From Clostridia bacterium (GTDB taxonomy: Bacteria > Bacillota > Peptococcia > DRI-13 > UBA5745): 64,000 nucleotides of DNA. The notes under the pieces are model-generated. The model saw nothing but the letters and a program-made list of their open reading frames with translations, did no database searches and had not been told where the DNA came from. The stretch is taken from positions 230,518 to 294,517 of the forward strand of contig JAHDMJ010000008.1 in the NCBI GenBank assembly GCA_018436095.1. The letters run 5' to 3'. The position numbers and the translations under genes were made by a program. Positions 1 through 8,736 of this stretch are shown here, piece after piece; positions within the stretch are counted from its first letter, which is position 1, and each line of letters begins with the position of its first letter.

Positions 1-1805
1 TCATCAGGGAAATCAATTATGAAGCCGGCAACGTCACCGGCTTCACCGGTGAAGATTTGGTAGTGGTCCGGGGATTTTATGATATTGAGCGGGTGGAGCA
101 TGCCTGTTTGGAACCGGAGGCGGCTCTGGGCAGTTGGCTGGAGTCAGGCGGAGTTCACGTGACGGCCTGCACCCAATCGCCTTTTGAGGTCCGCCGAATG
201 CTGGCGCCGATTACCGGATTGCCGGAAGAAAAAATCCGGGTCACGGCAGCTCCTTTAGGCGGCGGTTTTGGCAGTAAATGTGACGCCACTGTGGAGGCGG
301 CAGCGGCTGTAGCAGCCCTCCGACTGCAAAGAAGCGTCATGATCAGGCTAACCAGGGAGGAATCTCTAAAGCTATCCACCAAAAGACATCGTTATGAAAA
401 CAACTATGAATTGGCAGTGGACCGCCAGGGCAAGATTTGTTATCTGAATGCGGAATTGACTTCCGATGCCGGTCCCTATACCACTTTAAGTCCCGGCGTT
501 TTAGAGCAGGGTTGTATTTTTGCCGGCGGGCCTTACCGCATACCCAATGTCAAAATTCAGGGCCGGACCTTGCGGACCAACAATGCCCAGGGCGGGGCTT
601 TTCGGGGCTTCGGCATTAATCAATCGGCCATTTGCGTGGAAACCTTACTGGATGAGGCGGCAGAAAAGCTGGGAATGGACCCTTTTGAAATACGTCGCCG
701 CAACGCCTTGCGGGCAGGGGACCTGACCATTACCGGCGAGCGGTTGAAAGACAGCGTAGGGATTTACGATACGGTGGCAGCCTGTCAGAAAAAGGCCGGG
801 GAAATCCTGGACCACTATCGCCGGAAGCTGGAGGAGGATATTGCTGCCGGCAGGATAAAGCCAGGGGAGAAGCTTCTGGGGATGGGCGTAGCCAGCGGTT
901 ATAAAAACGTAGGGGTAGGCAAAGGCAATCCCGATGACGGCGGCTGTATTTTGACCCTTTTGCCCAATGGCAGTTATGAGATTAGAATCTCCGGCGTGGA
1001 TATGGGCCAGGGTTTCCGCACAGCCATGATCCAGTTGGCGGCAGAGGCCTTGGAGGCAGAGCCGGAAAGCTTTACTTTAGTCAGCGGTGATACGCTGTTG
1101 ACCCTGGAGCACCGCCAGGCTGTTAGCGAGAGACAGACTCTTTGCACCGGCAAAGCCGTATTGGAAGCGGCAAAGCTTCTTAAAGAAAAACTGGCTGAAG
1201 AGCCTTGGCAGCCGGGAGAAACCCGGCAGGCGGCTTACCGGCATTTGGCCAGCCCCACCTATTCCATACAAGATAAAGAGAGGGTGACCAGGGCCGGCGA
1301 TTATTACCGGAATTATCCCTCTTATGCCTATTTGACCCAATGCGTAATTATCGAGTTAGATACCGGCAACGGCCAGGTTAAGGTACTTCATATAATTTCA
1401 GCTCACGATGTGGGGCGGGCCATTAATCCCCAGATTATTGCGGGGCAAGTGGAGGGTAGCTGTTCTATGGGTATTGGCTATGCGTTGACGGAAGGCTATG
1501 TAATGGAGGAAGGTGTAGCCAAAGCCAAAAATTTCGGTGAACTGGGATTGCCCCGGATCGATGAAACGCCGCAGTACGATATTATTCTGATCGAAGACCC
1601 GGAGCCGGCAGGACCCTATGGGGCAAAAGGCATTTCGGAAGTAGCCACGGTTCCCATAACACCGGCAGTGCTGAATGCCATTTACAATGCGGCAGGTATC
1701 CGGATACGCCAAGTACCGGCCAGGCCGAAGTTGATCCTGCGATTATTAAGGGAAAAGGAGCAGGAAAGATCGTCTGCGGAAAGGAGGGGCTTAGTGAATC
1801 AATAG
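1..1805 (+). CDS. xanthine dehydrogenase / aldehyde oxidoreductase family, molybdopterin-binding large subunit (C-terminal ~600 aa; 5' end outside window)
   Basis: The frame is already open from nt 3 (IREINYEAGNVTGFTGEDL precedes the TTG at 57 used by the ORF track). Family motifs seen: AAPLGGGFGSK, GVDMGQGFRTAMIQLAAEAL, AHDVGRAINPQIIAGQVEGS, GAKGISE. Confidence 0.85.
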   Translation, partial: IREINYEAGNVTGFTGEDLVVVRGFYDIERVEHACLEPEAALGSWLESGGVHVTACTQSPFEVRRMLAPITGLPEEKIRVTAAPLGGGFGSKCDATVEAAAAVAALRLQRSVMIRLTREESLKLSTKRHRYENNYELAVDRQGKICYLNAELTSDAGPYTTLSPGVLEQGCIFAGGPYRIPNVKIQGRTLRTNNAQGGAFRGFGINQSAICVETLLDEAAEKLGMDPFEIRRRNALRAGDLTITGERLKDSVGIYDTVAACQKKAGEILDHYRRKLEEDIAAGRIKPGEKLLGMGVASGYKNVGVGKGNPDDGGCILTLLPNGSYEIRISGVDMGQGFRTAMIQLAAEALEAEPESFTLVSGDTLLTLEHRQAVSERQTLCTGKAVLEAAKLLKEKLAEEPWQPGETRQAAYRHLASPTYSIQDKERVTRAGDYYRNYPSYAYLTQCVIIELDTGNGQVKVLHIISAHDVGRAINPQIIAGQVEGSCSMGIGYALTEGYVMEEGVAKAKNFGELGLPRIDETPQYDIILIEDPEPAGPYGAKGISEVATVPITPAVLNAIYNAAGIRIRQVPARPKLILRLLREKEQERSSAERRGLVNQ

Positions 1806-1886
1806 AAACGTTATTCGTCGTGGCTAAATATGGTTACTGTTGAAATGTTCTGGCTATATGCCTTTACAAGTAGAGGAGGGATATCT

Positions 1887-3347
1887 ATGGATAATGCTAA
1901 AAAGACGCCAACCCTTGCCTTTTCCATCACAACCTTGGTAACTTTGATCCTCTTCATTGCCGCTATGCTTTCCCTTGCTAATGCCCCTATTGTTGTAGTC
2001 ATGCTGTTTGCCTGGCTTTTGCTGATTCCTTTTGCTCGTTATCTGGGATATACCAATGATGAGATCGAGAATTCAGCTTATGATCTGATTAAGATTGCCG
2101 TAGGCCTTTTAGCACTGATGATTGCTATCGGCGCTATGATCTCCATTTGGCTATGCGCCGGTACGGTGCCCACTCTGATCTATTGGGGTCTTCAAATGAT
2201 TACGCCTAAGGTTTTCCTACTTGTGGCCTTTATTATTTGTTCCCTTGTTTCCGTACCTACGGGCACTTCCTGGGGCACCATCAGCACCGCAGGGGTTGCC
2301 ATGATGGGGGTAGGGTTAGGACTTGGGCTGCCCCCGGGCATGATTGCAGGGGCAATTGTCTCCGGCGCTTATTTTGGCGATAAATTCTCACCCCTTTCCG
2401 ACGGGCCGATCTTAGCCGCTACGGTTTGCGAGGTTCCTCTGATGGAGCATATCAAGCATATGGGGACCACCACCGCTATCGCTTGGGGTCTATCGGCTGT
2501 GGCCTATCTGATTTTAGGCTTTAAGTTTGCCGGCACAACCTTGGATGTCAGTACGATAGAAGGCATCAAAATGGCGCTGGACAGCATTTTCAATATTGGC
2601 TGGATTACCATAGTCCCTATGGCGGTCGTTATTATCATGCTGATTTTGCAATATTCCGCTCTGTGGGCTATTATGGTAGGCTGCGTAGTCGGTACTTTGC
2701 TCTCCGTTTTCTATCAGGGCTACGCTCTTACAGAGGTTATTAAGTTTATGGCCAGCGGCTTTTCCGTACAGACCGATAATGCTATTTTGGCCTCTCTTTT
2801 GAACCGGGGCGGCATGGCCAGCATGTATGAGCTGGTAGCCGTTATCGTAGGTTCTTTAGGAATGGGGGGCATTCTCAAAGGCACCGGCATGTTGGATGTG
2901 ATTGTTACTTCAATGAGCAAATCCTTGAGGAGCGTACGCAGCCTGACCCTGGCAACCACTATCGCTGCTGCTATTGCCACAGCCATGGTAGGAACCTACT
3001 ATTTTTCCATGGTATTTGTGGGCACGCTGATGACGCCTTTGTTTAAAAAGGCCAGATTAAAGCCGGAAAATACTTCCCGTATTATTAACGATATCAGTAA
3101 TTGCGGCGTTGCCTTTGTTCCCTGGAATATTGGTGCTATCTTCATCGCCACTAATTTAGGCGTACCTATTGTGAGCGTAATGCCCTGGATCTTTTTTAGC
3201 CTTTTCCTTTTTGCTACCGATATTATTTTTGGTCTTTTTGATATCAATATAACCAGATATAATGATGAGGAATGGGCCAAGATTCAAGAGGAAGAAGCTG
3301 CCTCCGCTCTTGCCGCCGCTGCCGAAGCAGAGCCTGCTGCCAGCTAA
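1887..3347 (+). CDS. nhaC: NhaC-family Na+/H+ antiporter (polytopic membrane protein)
   Basis: Highly hydrophobic multi-TM protein with a GTSWGTISTAG motif typical of NhaC-type antiporters. I prefer the ATG at 1887 (MDNAKK...), preceded by GAGGAGGG, over the track start at 1830. Confidence 0.7.
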   Translation: MDNAKKTPTLAFSITTLVTLILFIAAMLSLANAPIVVVMLFAWLLLIPFARYLGYTNDEIENSAYDLIKIAVGLLALMIAIGAMISIWLCAGTVPTLIYWGLQMITPKVFLLVAFIICSLVSVPTGTSWGTISTAGVAMMGVGLGLGLPPGMIAGAIVSGAYFGDKFSPLSDGPILAATVCEVPLMEHIKHMGTTTAIAWGLSAVAYLILGFKFAGTTLDVSTIEGIKMALDSIFNIGWITIVPMAVVIIMLILQYSALWAIMVGCVVGTLLSVFYQGYALTEVIKFMASGFSVQTDNAILASLLNRGGMASMYELVAVIVGSLGMGGILKGTGMLDVIVTSMSKSLRSVRSLTLATTIAAAIATAMVGTYYFSMVFVGTLMTPLFKKARLKPENTSRIINDISNCGVAFVPWNIGAIFIATNLGVPIVSVMPWIFFSLFLFATDIIFGLFDINITRYNDEEWAKIQEEEAASALAAAAEAEPAAS

Positions 3348-3468
3348 TACCTGGGTTATTACTACGCTTATAATTAGCACCACGCTCATAAAATGATAAG
3401 AGAAAGGAGCATCGTCAGGAAGAATTCTTGGCGATGCTCTCTGCGTCAGTATTCTTAAGAAAAAAAGC

Positions 3469-3497
3469 TTGACAAATCCGACTGATCCTCATATTAT
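3469..3497 (+). promoter_or_regulatory. sigma-A-type promoter of the infC-rpmI-rplT operon
   Basis: TTGACA (3469-3474), a 17-nt spacer, then TATTAT (3492-3497), about 145 nt upstream of infC. Confidence 0.5.
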
Positions 3498-3630
3498 AAA
3501 TAGGTACATTACATCAAGTAGAAGCCATCCGCTTCTCACCTTACGAAAAATCGTCAAGGTAAACACGTATTTCAACTTTAAGTTGTGATGCTATTTAAGC
3601 GGAGGTTTCTCCGCTTTTATTTATTTACGG
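3498..3630 (+). promoter_or_regulatory. long 5' leader with terminator-like hairpin (L20-leader-type attenuator of the infC operon)
   Basis: Untranslated leader between the promoter and infC. Hairpin AAGCGGAG/CTCCGCTT (3597-3616) is followed by TTTATTTATTT. In Bacillus this operon is known to be attenuated by L20 binding its leader. The track's N-terminal extension ([14 protein letters not shown]) is this hairpin read as protein. Confidence 0.45.
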
Positions 3631-3641
3631 AGGTGAAACAT

Positions 3642-4157
3642 ATCAGTAAAGATGGCTTTAGGGTCAATGAAGAAATCAAGACCCGGGAAATTCGTCTGGT
3701 CGGAGAGGCCGGAGAGCAAATGGGAATCATGTCCCCCAGGGACGCTATGCAGATCGCTTTAGAAAGAGGTCTGGATCTGGTGGAGGTAGCGCCTGCCGCC
3801 AAGCCCCCGGTATGCAAGATTATGGACGTAGGCCGCTATAAGTATGAACAAAGTAAGCGGGAAAAAGAAGCCCGCAAGAAGCAGCATGTCATCAGCGTCA
3901 AAGAAGTGAAACTACGCCCTAATATTGAGGACAACGATTTCCACACGAAGGTTCGTAATGCCATCCGTTTTCTTGAAGAGGGAGATAAAGTAAAAGTCAC
4001 CATCATGTTCAGGGGACGGGAAATGTCTCATCCTGAGCTGGGCCGGGAGCTTTTGGACAGAGTTGCCGAGATCATCAAAGATCTGGGCAATATTGAGCGG
4101 GGTGCCAAGCTTGAGGGTAAGAACATGAGTATGATCGTATCCCCTAAACAAAACTAG
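3642..4157 (+). CDS. infC: translation initiation factor IF-3
   Basis: [57 protein letters not shown] is canonical IF-3. The likely start is the non-canonical ATC at 3642, 6 nt after GGAGGTG, because IF-3 genes classically use rare start codons. The track start at 3585 lies in the leader hairpin. Confidence 0.9.
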   Translation: MSKDGFRVNEEIKTREIRLVGEAGEQMGIMSPRDAMQIALERGLDLVEVAPAAKPPVCKIMDVGRYKYEQSKREKEARKKQHVISVKEVKLRPNIEDNDFHTKVRNAIRFLEEGDKVKVTIMFRGREMSHPELGRELLDRVAEIIKDLGNIERGAKLEGKNMSMIVSPKQN

Positions 4158-4172
4158 AGAGGAGCCACATCC

Positions 4173-4370
4173 ATGCCTAAGATTAAAACCCACCGGGGCG
4201 CAGCCAAAAGGTTCAGCAAAACCGGCAGCGGTAAAATTCGTAGAAATCACGCTTTTACCAGCCATATTTTAACGAAAAAAACCCAGAAAAGAAAGAGAAA
4301 CTTACGGAAAGCCGCCATCATGGATAAAGGTGACGCCGCCCGTGTAGCCCAGTTAATTCCTTACAAATAA
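4173..4370 (+). CDS. rpmI: 50S ribosomal protein L35
   Basis: [24 protein letters not shown] is canonical L35. It sits between infC and rplT. Confidence 0.95.
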   Translation: MPKIKTHRGAAKRFSKTGSGKIRRNHAFTSHILTKKTQKRKRNLRKAAIMDKGDAARVAQLIPYK

Positions 4371-4401
4371 AACGGCATCAATAGACAGGAGGAAATAATC
4401 C

Positions 4402-4755
4402 ATGACGAGAGTAAAAGGTGGCAGCCGTGCCCATCAAAGACATGTTAAAATATTAAAACTGGCCCGGGGATACAGGGGGGCCAAATCTAAGCTTTACCGG
4501 CCGGCTCACGAGCAGGTCATGCATTCACTGGCTTATTCTTACGCTCACCGTAAGGATAAGAAAGGCGATTTCCGCAAGCTCTGGATTGCCAGAATTAACG
4601 CCGCCGCCAGAATGAACGGCATTAGCTACAGCCGCTTTATCAACGGCTTGAATAAGGCCGGCGTAGCAGTGAACCGCAAGATGCTGTCCGAGATGGCCAT
4701 CAGCGACGCTCAAAGCTTTACCCAGCTTGTGGAAGTGGCCAAGGCTAACCTGTAA
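4402..4755 (+). CDS. rplT: 50S ribosomal protein L20
   Basis: The sequence [33 protein letters not shown] is canonical L20. Confidence 0.95.
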   Translation: MTRVKGGSRAHQRHVKILKLARGYRGAKSKLYRPAHEQVMHSLAYSYAHRKDKKGDFRKLWIARINAAARMNGISYSRFINGLNKAGVAVNRKMLSEMAISDAQSFTQLVEVAKANL

Positions 4756-4812
4756 ATCAGGGTTAAAGGGAAATCTTTAAGCAGGCTGCAACTAAATAGC
4801 AATGAATTGAGG

Positions 4813-4841
4813 CATTCCGTGAGAGCGGGATGTCTTTTTTT
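4813..4841 (+). terminator. intrinsic terminator after rplT
   Basis: Stem CATTCCG (4813-4819) / CGGGATG (4826-4832) with one G.U pair, followed by a T7 run (4835-4841). Confidence 0.6.
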
Positions 4842-5195
4842 GTCGGAAATTGAGTTTTTGCATAATAAAAACATTTATGGAGAGTTGACAAATGGTGGAA
4901 AGGAGAATACCTTATACTCAAGTGGGAGTTCGTAAATTTTGGGATTGCTTTATTTAATAAGAAGAGGGATTAAAGATTAAGGAATTATGAGCTATAGAAA
5001 GGTTTGAGAACGTTTTAGAGAAAAGAGTGTTTTTCTAGTGCGAACCCTAAGTGGTAGTATGATTGACATATCTTTCGCACTAAAAATAGCATGAAAAGGT
5101 ATTGTGTGATGTAATATTATCCTTTGTTTTACATAATAGATGATAGCAAAATCTATATGTACGCATGTCTAAGGATAATATGACTATATGTAGCT

Positions 5196-5498
5196 GTCAC
5201 TCTCTGTGAAGAGAGTGGGGATTGAAATTTGGTGTGTTTTTGATGATTTTATTTTTGGTTCGGTCACTCTCTGTGAAGAGAGTGGGGATTGAAATCATAA
5301 GCGGCAATGGCTGCGGCTCCATCTCGCTGTGTCACTCTCTGTGAAGAGAGTGGGGATTGAAATCCGGTTGCGGTATCCCGCACAGATAAAATGCGTTGTC
5401 ACTCTCTGTGAAGAGAGTGTGGATTGAAGTCTCAATATAGGGATTTACCATCAACGCCTCAATGAGTCACTCTCCTCACGGAGAGTGTGGGCCGATGT
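5196..5498 (+). CRISPR. CRISPR array, leader-proximal part (4 full repeats plus 1 repeat truncated after nt 25)
   Basis: 33-nt repeats lie at 5196, 5263 and 5331 (GTCACTCTCTGTGAAGAGAGTGGGGATTGAAAT, three identical copies). A variant lies at 5398 (...GTGTGGATTGAAGT). The unit at 5466 is GTCACTCTCCTCACGGAGAGTGTGG followed by divergent GCCGATGT. Spacers are 34, 35, 34 and 35 nt. The palindromic stem and ATTGAAAT 3' end resemble type I-C-style repeats. An AT-rich leader lies upstream. Confidence 0.9.
5466..5490. repeat. left copy of the 25-nt core shared by both ends of the insertion (attL-like)
   Basis: GTCACTCTCCTCACGGAGAGTGTGG is identical to 14532-14556. It equals the first 25 nt of the CRISPR repeat. 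Confidence 0.85.
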
Positions 5499-5567
5499 CA
5501 AGTAAGGTTACAAAAATATTTTATATTTTTGCGAAATATCATTTTTAAATGAAAGTGAGTATCTTGC

Positions 5568-5613
5568 ATAAAAAGCAACTAAGCTGACACCGCTTGAAAA
5601 GCGACGCCAGCTT
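5568..5613 (-). terminator. strand-specific intrinsic terminator ending the defence operon
   Basis: On the minus-strand transcript, AAGCUGGCGUCGCUU-UUC-AAGCGGUGUCAGCUU forms a 15-bp stem. Three of its pairs are G.U, which would be A/C mismatches on the other strand. AGUUGCUUUUU follows the stem. It lies ~70 nt after the helicase stop. Confidence 0.5.
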
Positions 5614-5685
5614 GCATGATTTTTAGTCGTTTTATGATATGGCTCAATTTTTTTACCTTTTGGGAGAAGTTCAGCAAATAGTATT

Positions 5686-8037
5686 TTATTTAGCATCTGG
5701 GTATTTGAATCGCTCGACAATCTTTTTTTGTTCATCAGTCAACTCATCATATTTGTCATTAAAGATGATTTCTTGCTCATTAATTCCATCAATACAATTG
5801 TTTGCCCACTCAATTTCCTCAAAAGTTAAACCATAACGGAGCATCCAAATATCACGTTCGTCATCTGTTCCATATCGAATATATTTTGCTAACCTCAAGG
5901 CACGGTCATCATCTTTTGAGGTTTGATTTTGATAATACTGATGGAATATAGCATAAAAAATATCTGTGAGTTTAAAGCCTATAAGTTTATCCATGTAATC
6001 ATAGGTGTCATAAATAACACGATCATAATCGACCTGAATTGCTGGCATTGTGCCGAATAGGGAATAGTTATTAAGCGTTTTATCTGGAATATCATCGTAT
6101 TCCCTCAAAAACTGTGCTTCCAATTTACCAATTTCATCCGTCCTTTCGAGCTTTTCAAGTTGTGTACGTTCCTTCTTTTTTGAGGCATAATCATATCTGT
6201 GCTGACAAATTAAGCTGAAAGTTTTTTTGTAAACACGCCAAAGCATAATCTTTATTGCCTGATTCAGGATGCTCTTTTCAGCAGACACTAATTCGCGTCC
6301 AAGGTAAATCTGGTAAAGAGAATAGAAATCTTGATACATTTCTTTTCGATCATTTTGTTCTTCATTGTCCCATTGGGGATAGACAAGCTGTCCATCGTCA
6401 AACATCATATCTAACAAAGTTGGTATAATGGATGTTATTTCTTCCGTAGCAAGCTTTTGGACATCGTTATTCGTTAGATTGTATTCATCATTGAACTGAT
6501 CATTTTTTATTGCTTCCTTGAATTCTTCATACTTTTCGTCAAGTTTCTCATCGTCTTTGTCGAGATGAGATTGTTCCGATATGCGCTCTGGCTTGCTTAT
6601 AACCGAACGAAATGAACTTTGATTGTCTTTTTTTACAATTGCTGCGCCAATATCAAATACATCCTTTTCCGTAGAGCGCCCGGATCTGCCTATTAAGTTT
6701 TTTACAGAGAGAGGCTTGCTTTTTTCAAAGCGATTCAAATAAACCACATCAAACGGCATATTTATACCCTGTTCAAGTGTAGAAGTAGCAAAACAAATCC
6801 GGCAGAAGCCTTTCTGAGTAAAATGCTCCAATATCATTCTTGCCCGAAGAGGCATAGAACCGTGATGGACAACAATACCATGTTTCAGATGTTCAAGTGT
6901 TCTTGAAAAATAATTCGCGTTTTTTCCATTTGAGGCACCGACATATTCCCGCAGTTTTTCTACTAATTCCAATGCTTCGGGATCGGTTATCTGTTGGCAT
7001 AATTGAATGTATTTCTTAAAGTCTGTATAGATTTTGTCGTTGTAAATATGTTTTTTCGGTACATATATAAGGACGCTACCGCCATCATTTATTGCCTTTT
7101 CTATAGGATCAAAAGCGGCAGGAACACGGCGTTCTCCCATAACGCTTTTATCAATACCAAAATGATAAAACTGCCCCGTGGACTGATCGTGAGAATAGAA
7201 TATTTGCCCGACATTCTTTTGTTCATACTGAATAGCCGTGGCATTATCACTTATGTCTACGTTGTTTTTCTTTAATTGCGCTTCAGGGTTAGCTACAAAA
7301 GGATGGGCAAAAACGCACTTAGCGTTAGGAAATGATTTTTGAACACGACGAACTATACTGTCAAAATATAAGCCTCGAACTGAATCTTCATCGCTTAGCT
7401 GGGCTTCATCAAAAAGCACAAGCCCTATGTTCAGTTTATCTTTTAACTTGAACAGCTCTCTTGCCCGTTCCGGGGTTAGAATGAAAATATTGCGTTTTGC
7501 GTGTTTAGTATTGATTATATCGATGAAAGTAAGGATATTAACAGTTTTATCTTCAATAATTTCATGAACACGATCAAAATACTCATTTATTAAAGCCCTT
7601 GAGGGAACGATAACGGCAACATCGTAATCTGCTGTTTTAATAAGATTTCGAAAGACAAACGATTTCCCGGTACTCGTCGGAGCCGAAAAGCTGAAGGTTT
7701 TCATTTGCCGAATCTTCTTCAAAATATCTGCCTGAACAGGAGTATATTCTTCGCCGAACTCTTCTTTTATGTATTTTCCATAATCGGCGAAGATAAGACT
7801 AAGAAAAGTGTCGGGGTTCGGTTTTTTGTAGTATAGGCCCATCATTTCAATGATATCAGATTCATGTTCTTTAAAATAGGCAGGTTGAAAGAGCTTGAGA
7901 TATGAAAATATCTCAAGTACAGAACTGTCGACTGAACCTTCCTTAAAGAGTCTTTGCCGAGCGTAAGCAAGATGTGCATCAAGATTTGTCCCGTCGCGGA
8001 TTTCAGCTATTCGGTTTAAGGATTTTGCAACTATCAT
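5686..8037 (-). CDS. hamB: superfamily-2 DEAD/DEAH-type helicase, HamB-like (Hachiman-type defence helicase)
   Basis: Motif I FSFSAPTSTGKS, motif II LFDEAQL, motif V ATSTLEQGINMP, motif VI LIGRSGRS. A ~300-aa acidic/aromatic C-terminal region has no motif I recognise. Its start overlaps the stop of the upstream small gene (ATGA at 8034-8037). Confidence 0.7.
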   Translation of the reverse strand: MIVAKSLNRIAEIRDGTNLDAHLAYARQRLFKEGSVDSSVLEIFSYLKLFQPAYFKEHESDIIEMMGLYYKKPNPDTFLSLIFADYGKYIKEEFGEEYTPVQADILKKIRQMKTFSFSAPTSTGKSFVFRNLIKTADYDVAVIVPSRALINEYFDRVHEIIEDKTVNILTFIDIINTKHAKRNIFILTPERARELFKLKDKLNIGLVLFDEAQLSDEDSVRGLYFDSIVRRVQKSFPNAKCVFAHPFVANPEAQLKKNNVDISDNATAIQYEQKNVGQIFYSHDQSTGQFYHFGIDKSVMGERRVPAAFDPIEKAINDGGSVLIYVPKKHIYNDKIYTDFKKYIQLCQQITDPEALELVEKLREYVGASNGKNANYFSRTLEHLKHGIVVHHGSMPLRARMILEHFTQKGFCRICFATSTLEQGINMPFDVVYLNRFEKSKPLSVKNLIGRSGRSTEKDVFDIGAAIVKKDNQSSFRSVISKPERISEQSHLDKDDEKLDEKYEEFKEAIKNDQFNDEYNLTNNDVQKLATEEITSIIPTLLDMMFDDGQLVYPQWDNEEQNDRKEMYQDFYSLYQIYLGRELVSAEKSILNQAIKIMLWRVYKKTFSLICQHRYDYASKKKERTQLEKLERTDEIGKLEAQFLREYDDIPDKTLNNYSLFGTMPAIQVDYDRVIYDTYDYMDKLIGFKLTDIFYAIFHQYYQNQTSKDDDRALRLAKYIRYGTDDERDIWMLRYGLTFEEIEWANNCIDGINEQEIIFNDKYDELTDEQKKIVERFKYPDAK

Positions 8038-8723
8038 ATGTTCACCGCCACTATCACAATTTCTTCAAACGGAAGAAGCTTCATGAAATCTTGGTGTTTA
8101 ATCACGCTATCAATCAGGCTGGTGCTTGCCGTGGATTTTGCAGAAAACGCTATTGCAAATCCCTTGAAGCCATCGTTCGCTCTGCTTAGGGCTTCGGAAG
8201 TACAAAAATCGCGCAAATCAGCTAACTGTTTAATATCTTTGGAATCCTCTATAAATTTTGAGACTTGTGAAATCGCAGTAGCGTGAGCACTTTGTCGTGA
8301 GTTGTATTTTGCCTCTCCGAAAATAACGGTATTGGTAGTGTTATTTTGACTGTGAAAATCGAAACCGGGGTTGCCAGAGATTTTCATACCAAGCAGTTCA
8401 GCCAGAGGGATATGTAGGTAGCTCATCTGGCTTAGGAGTGATTCACGCGCCAGCTCAGATACCACATATTCACCAGCTTCTTTAGTTACATTATCATTCG
8501 AGCAATCATCGAACTTTTTCTTGATATCAGCGATTGTTTCCTCCGCGCGCTTCTTGAAACTACTTTTCAAATAATCTTCATCAAAACGGCTCAACCATGA
8601 TAAATCCATAAGTACTTCAATTATTTGGGAGAGTGTGTCCTGCAAATTTTCGGGATCAATGCGGATGAAGGTAATGTTCTTATTATCCTCGTGAGCCACA
8701 GATTTATATTCAATAACCTTCAT
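8034..8723 (-). CDS. hamA: small PD-(D/E)xK-like protein, HamA-like (DUF1837-type)
   Basis: 229 aa, soluble. It has a nuclease-like signature GFDFH (D122) ... FGEAKY (E137, K139) preceded by AGEYVVSELARE. It sits directly upstream of, and overlaps by 4 nt (ATGA), a large SF2 helicase, which is the Hachiman gene order. Confidence 0.55.
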   Translation of the reverse strand: MKVIEYKSVAHEDNKNITFIRIDPENLQDTLSQIIEVLMDLSWLSRFDEDYLKSSFKKRAEETIADIKKKFDDCSNDNVTKEAGEYVVSELARESLLSQMSYLHIPLAELLGMKISGNPGFDFHSQNNTTNTVIFGEAKYNSRQSAHATAISQVSKFIEDSKDIKQLADLRDFCTSEALSRANDGFKGFAIAFSAKSTASTSLIDSVIKHQDFMKLLPFEEIVIVAVNI

Positions 8724-8736
8724 TGCAATATCCCTC

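Noticed and set aside
4842-5195. Searched the region upstream of the array for cas genes or cas remnants
   Set aside because: Only short, stop-riddled frames are present. The region is best read as terminator plus AT-rich leader. No cas-like peptide motif was seen anywhere in the window.
5508-5735. 75-aa minus-strand ORF and the 65-aa plus-strand ORF (5639-5836) at the element's left end
   Set aside because: They overlap the helicase 3' end and the operon terminator. They are AT-rich low-complexity sequence with no RBS.
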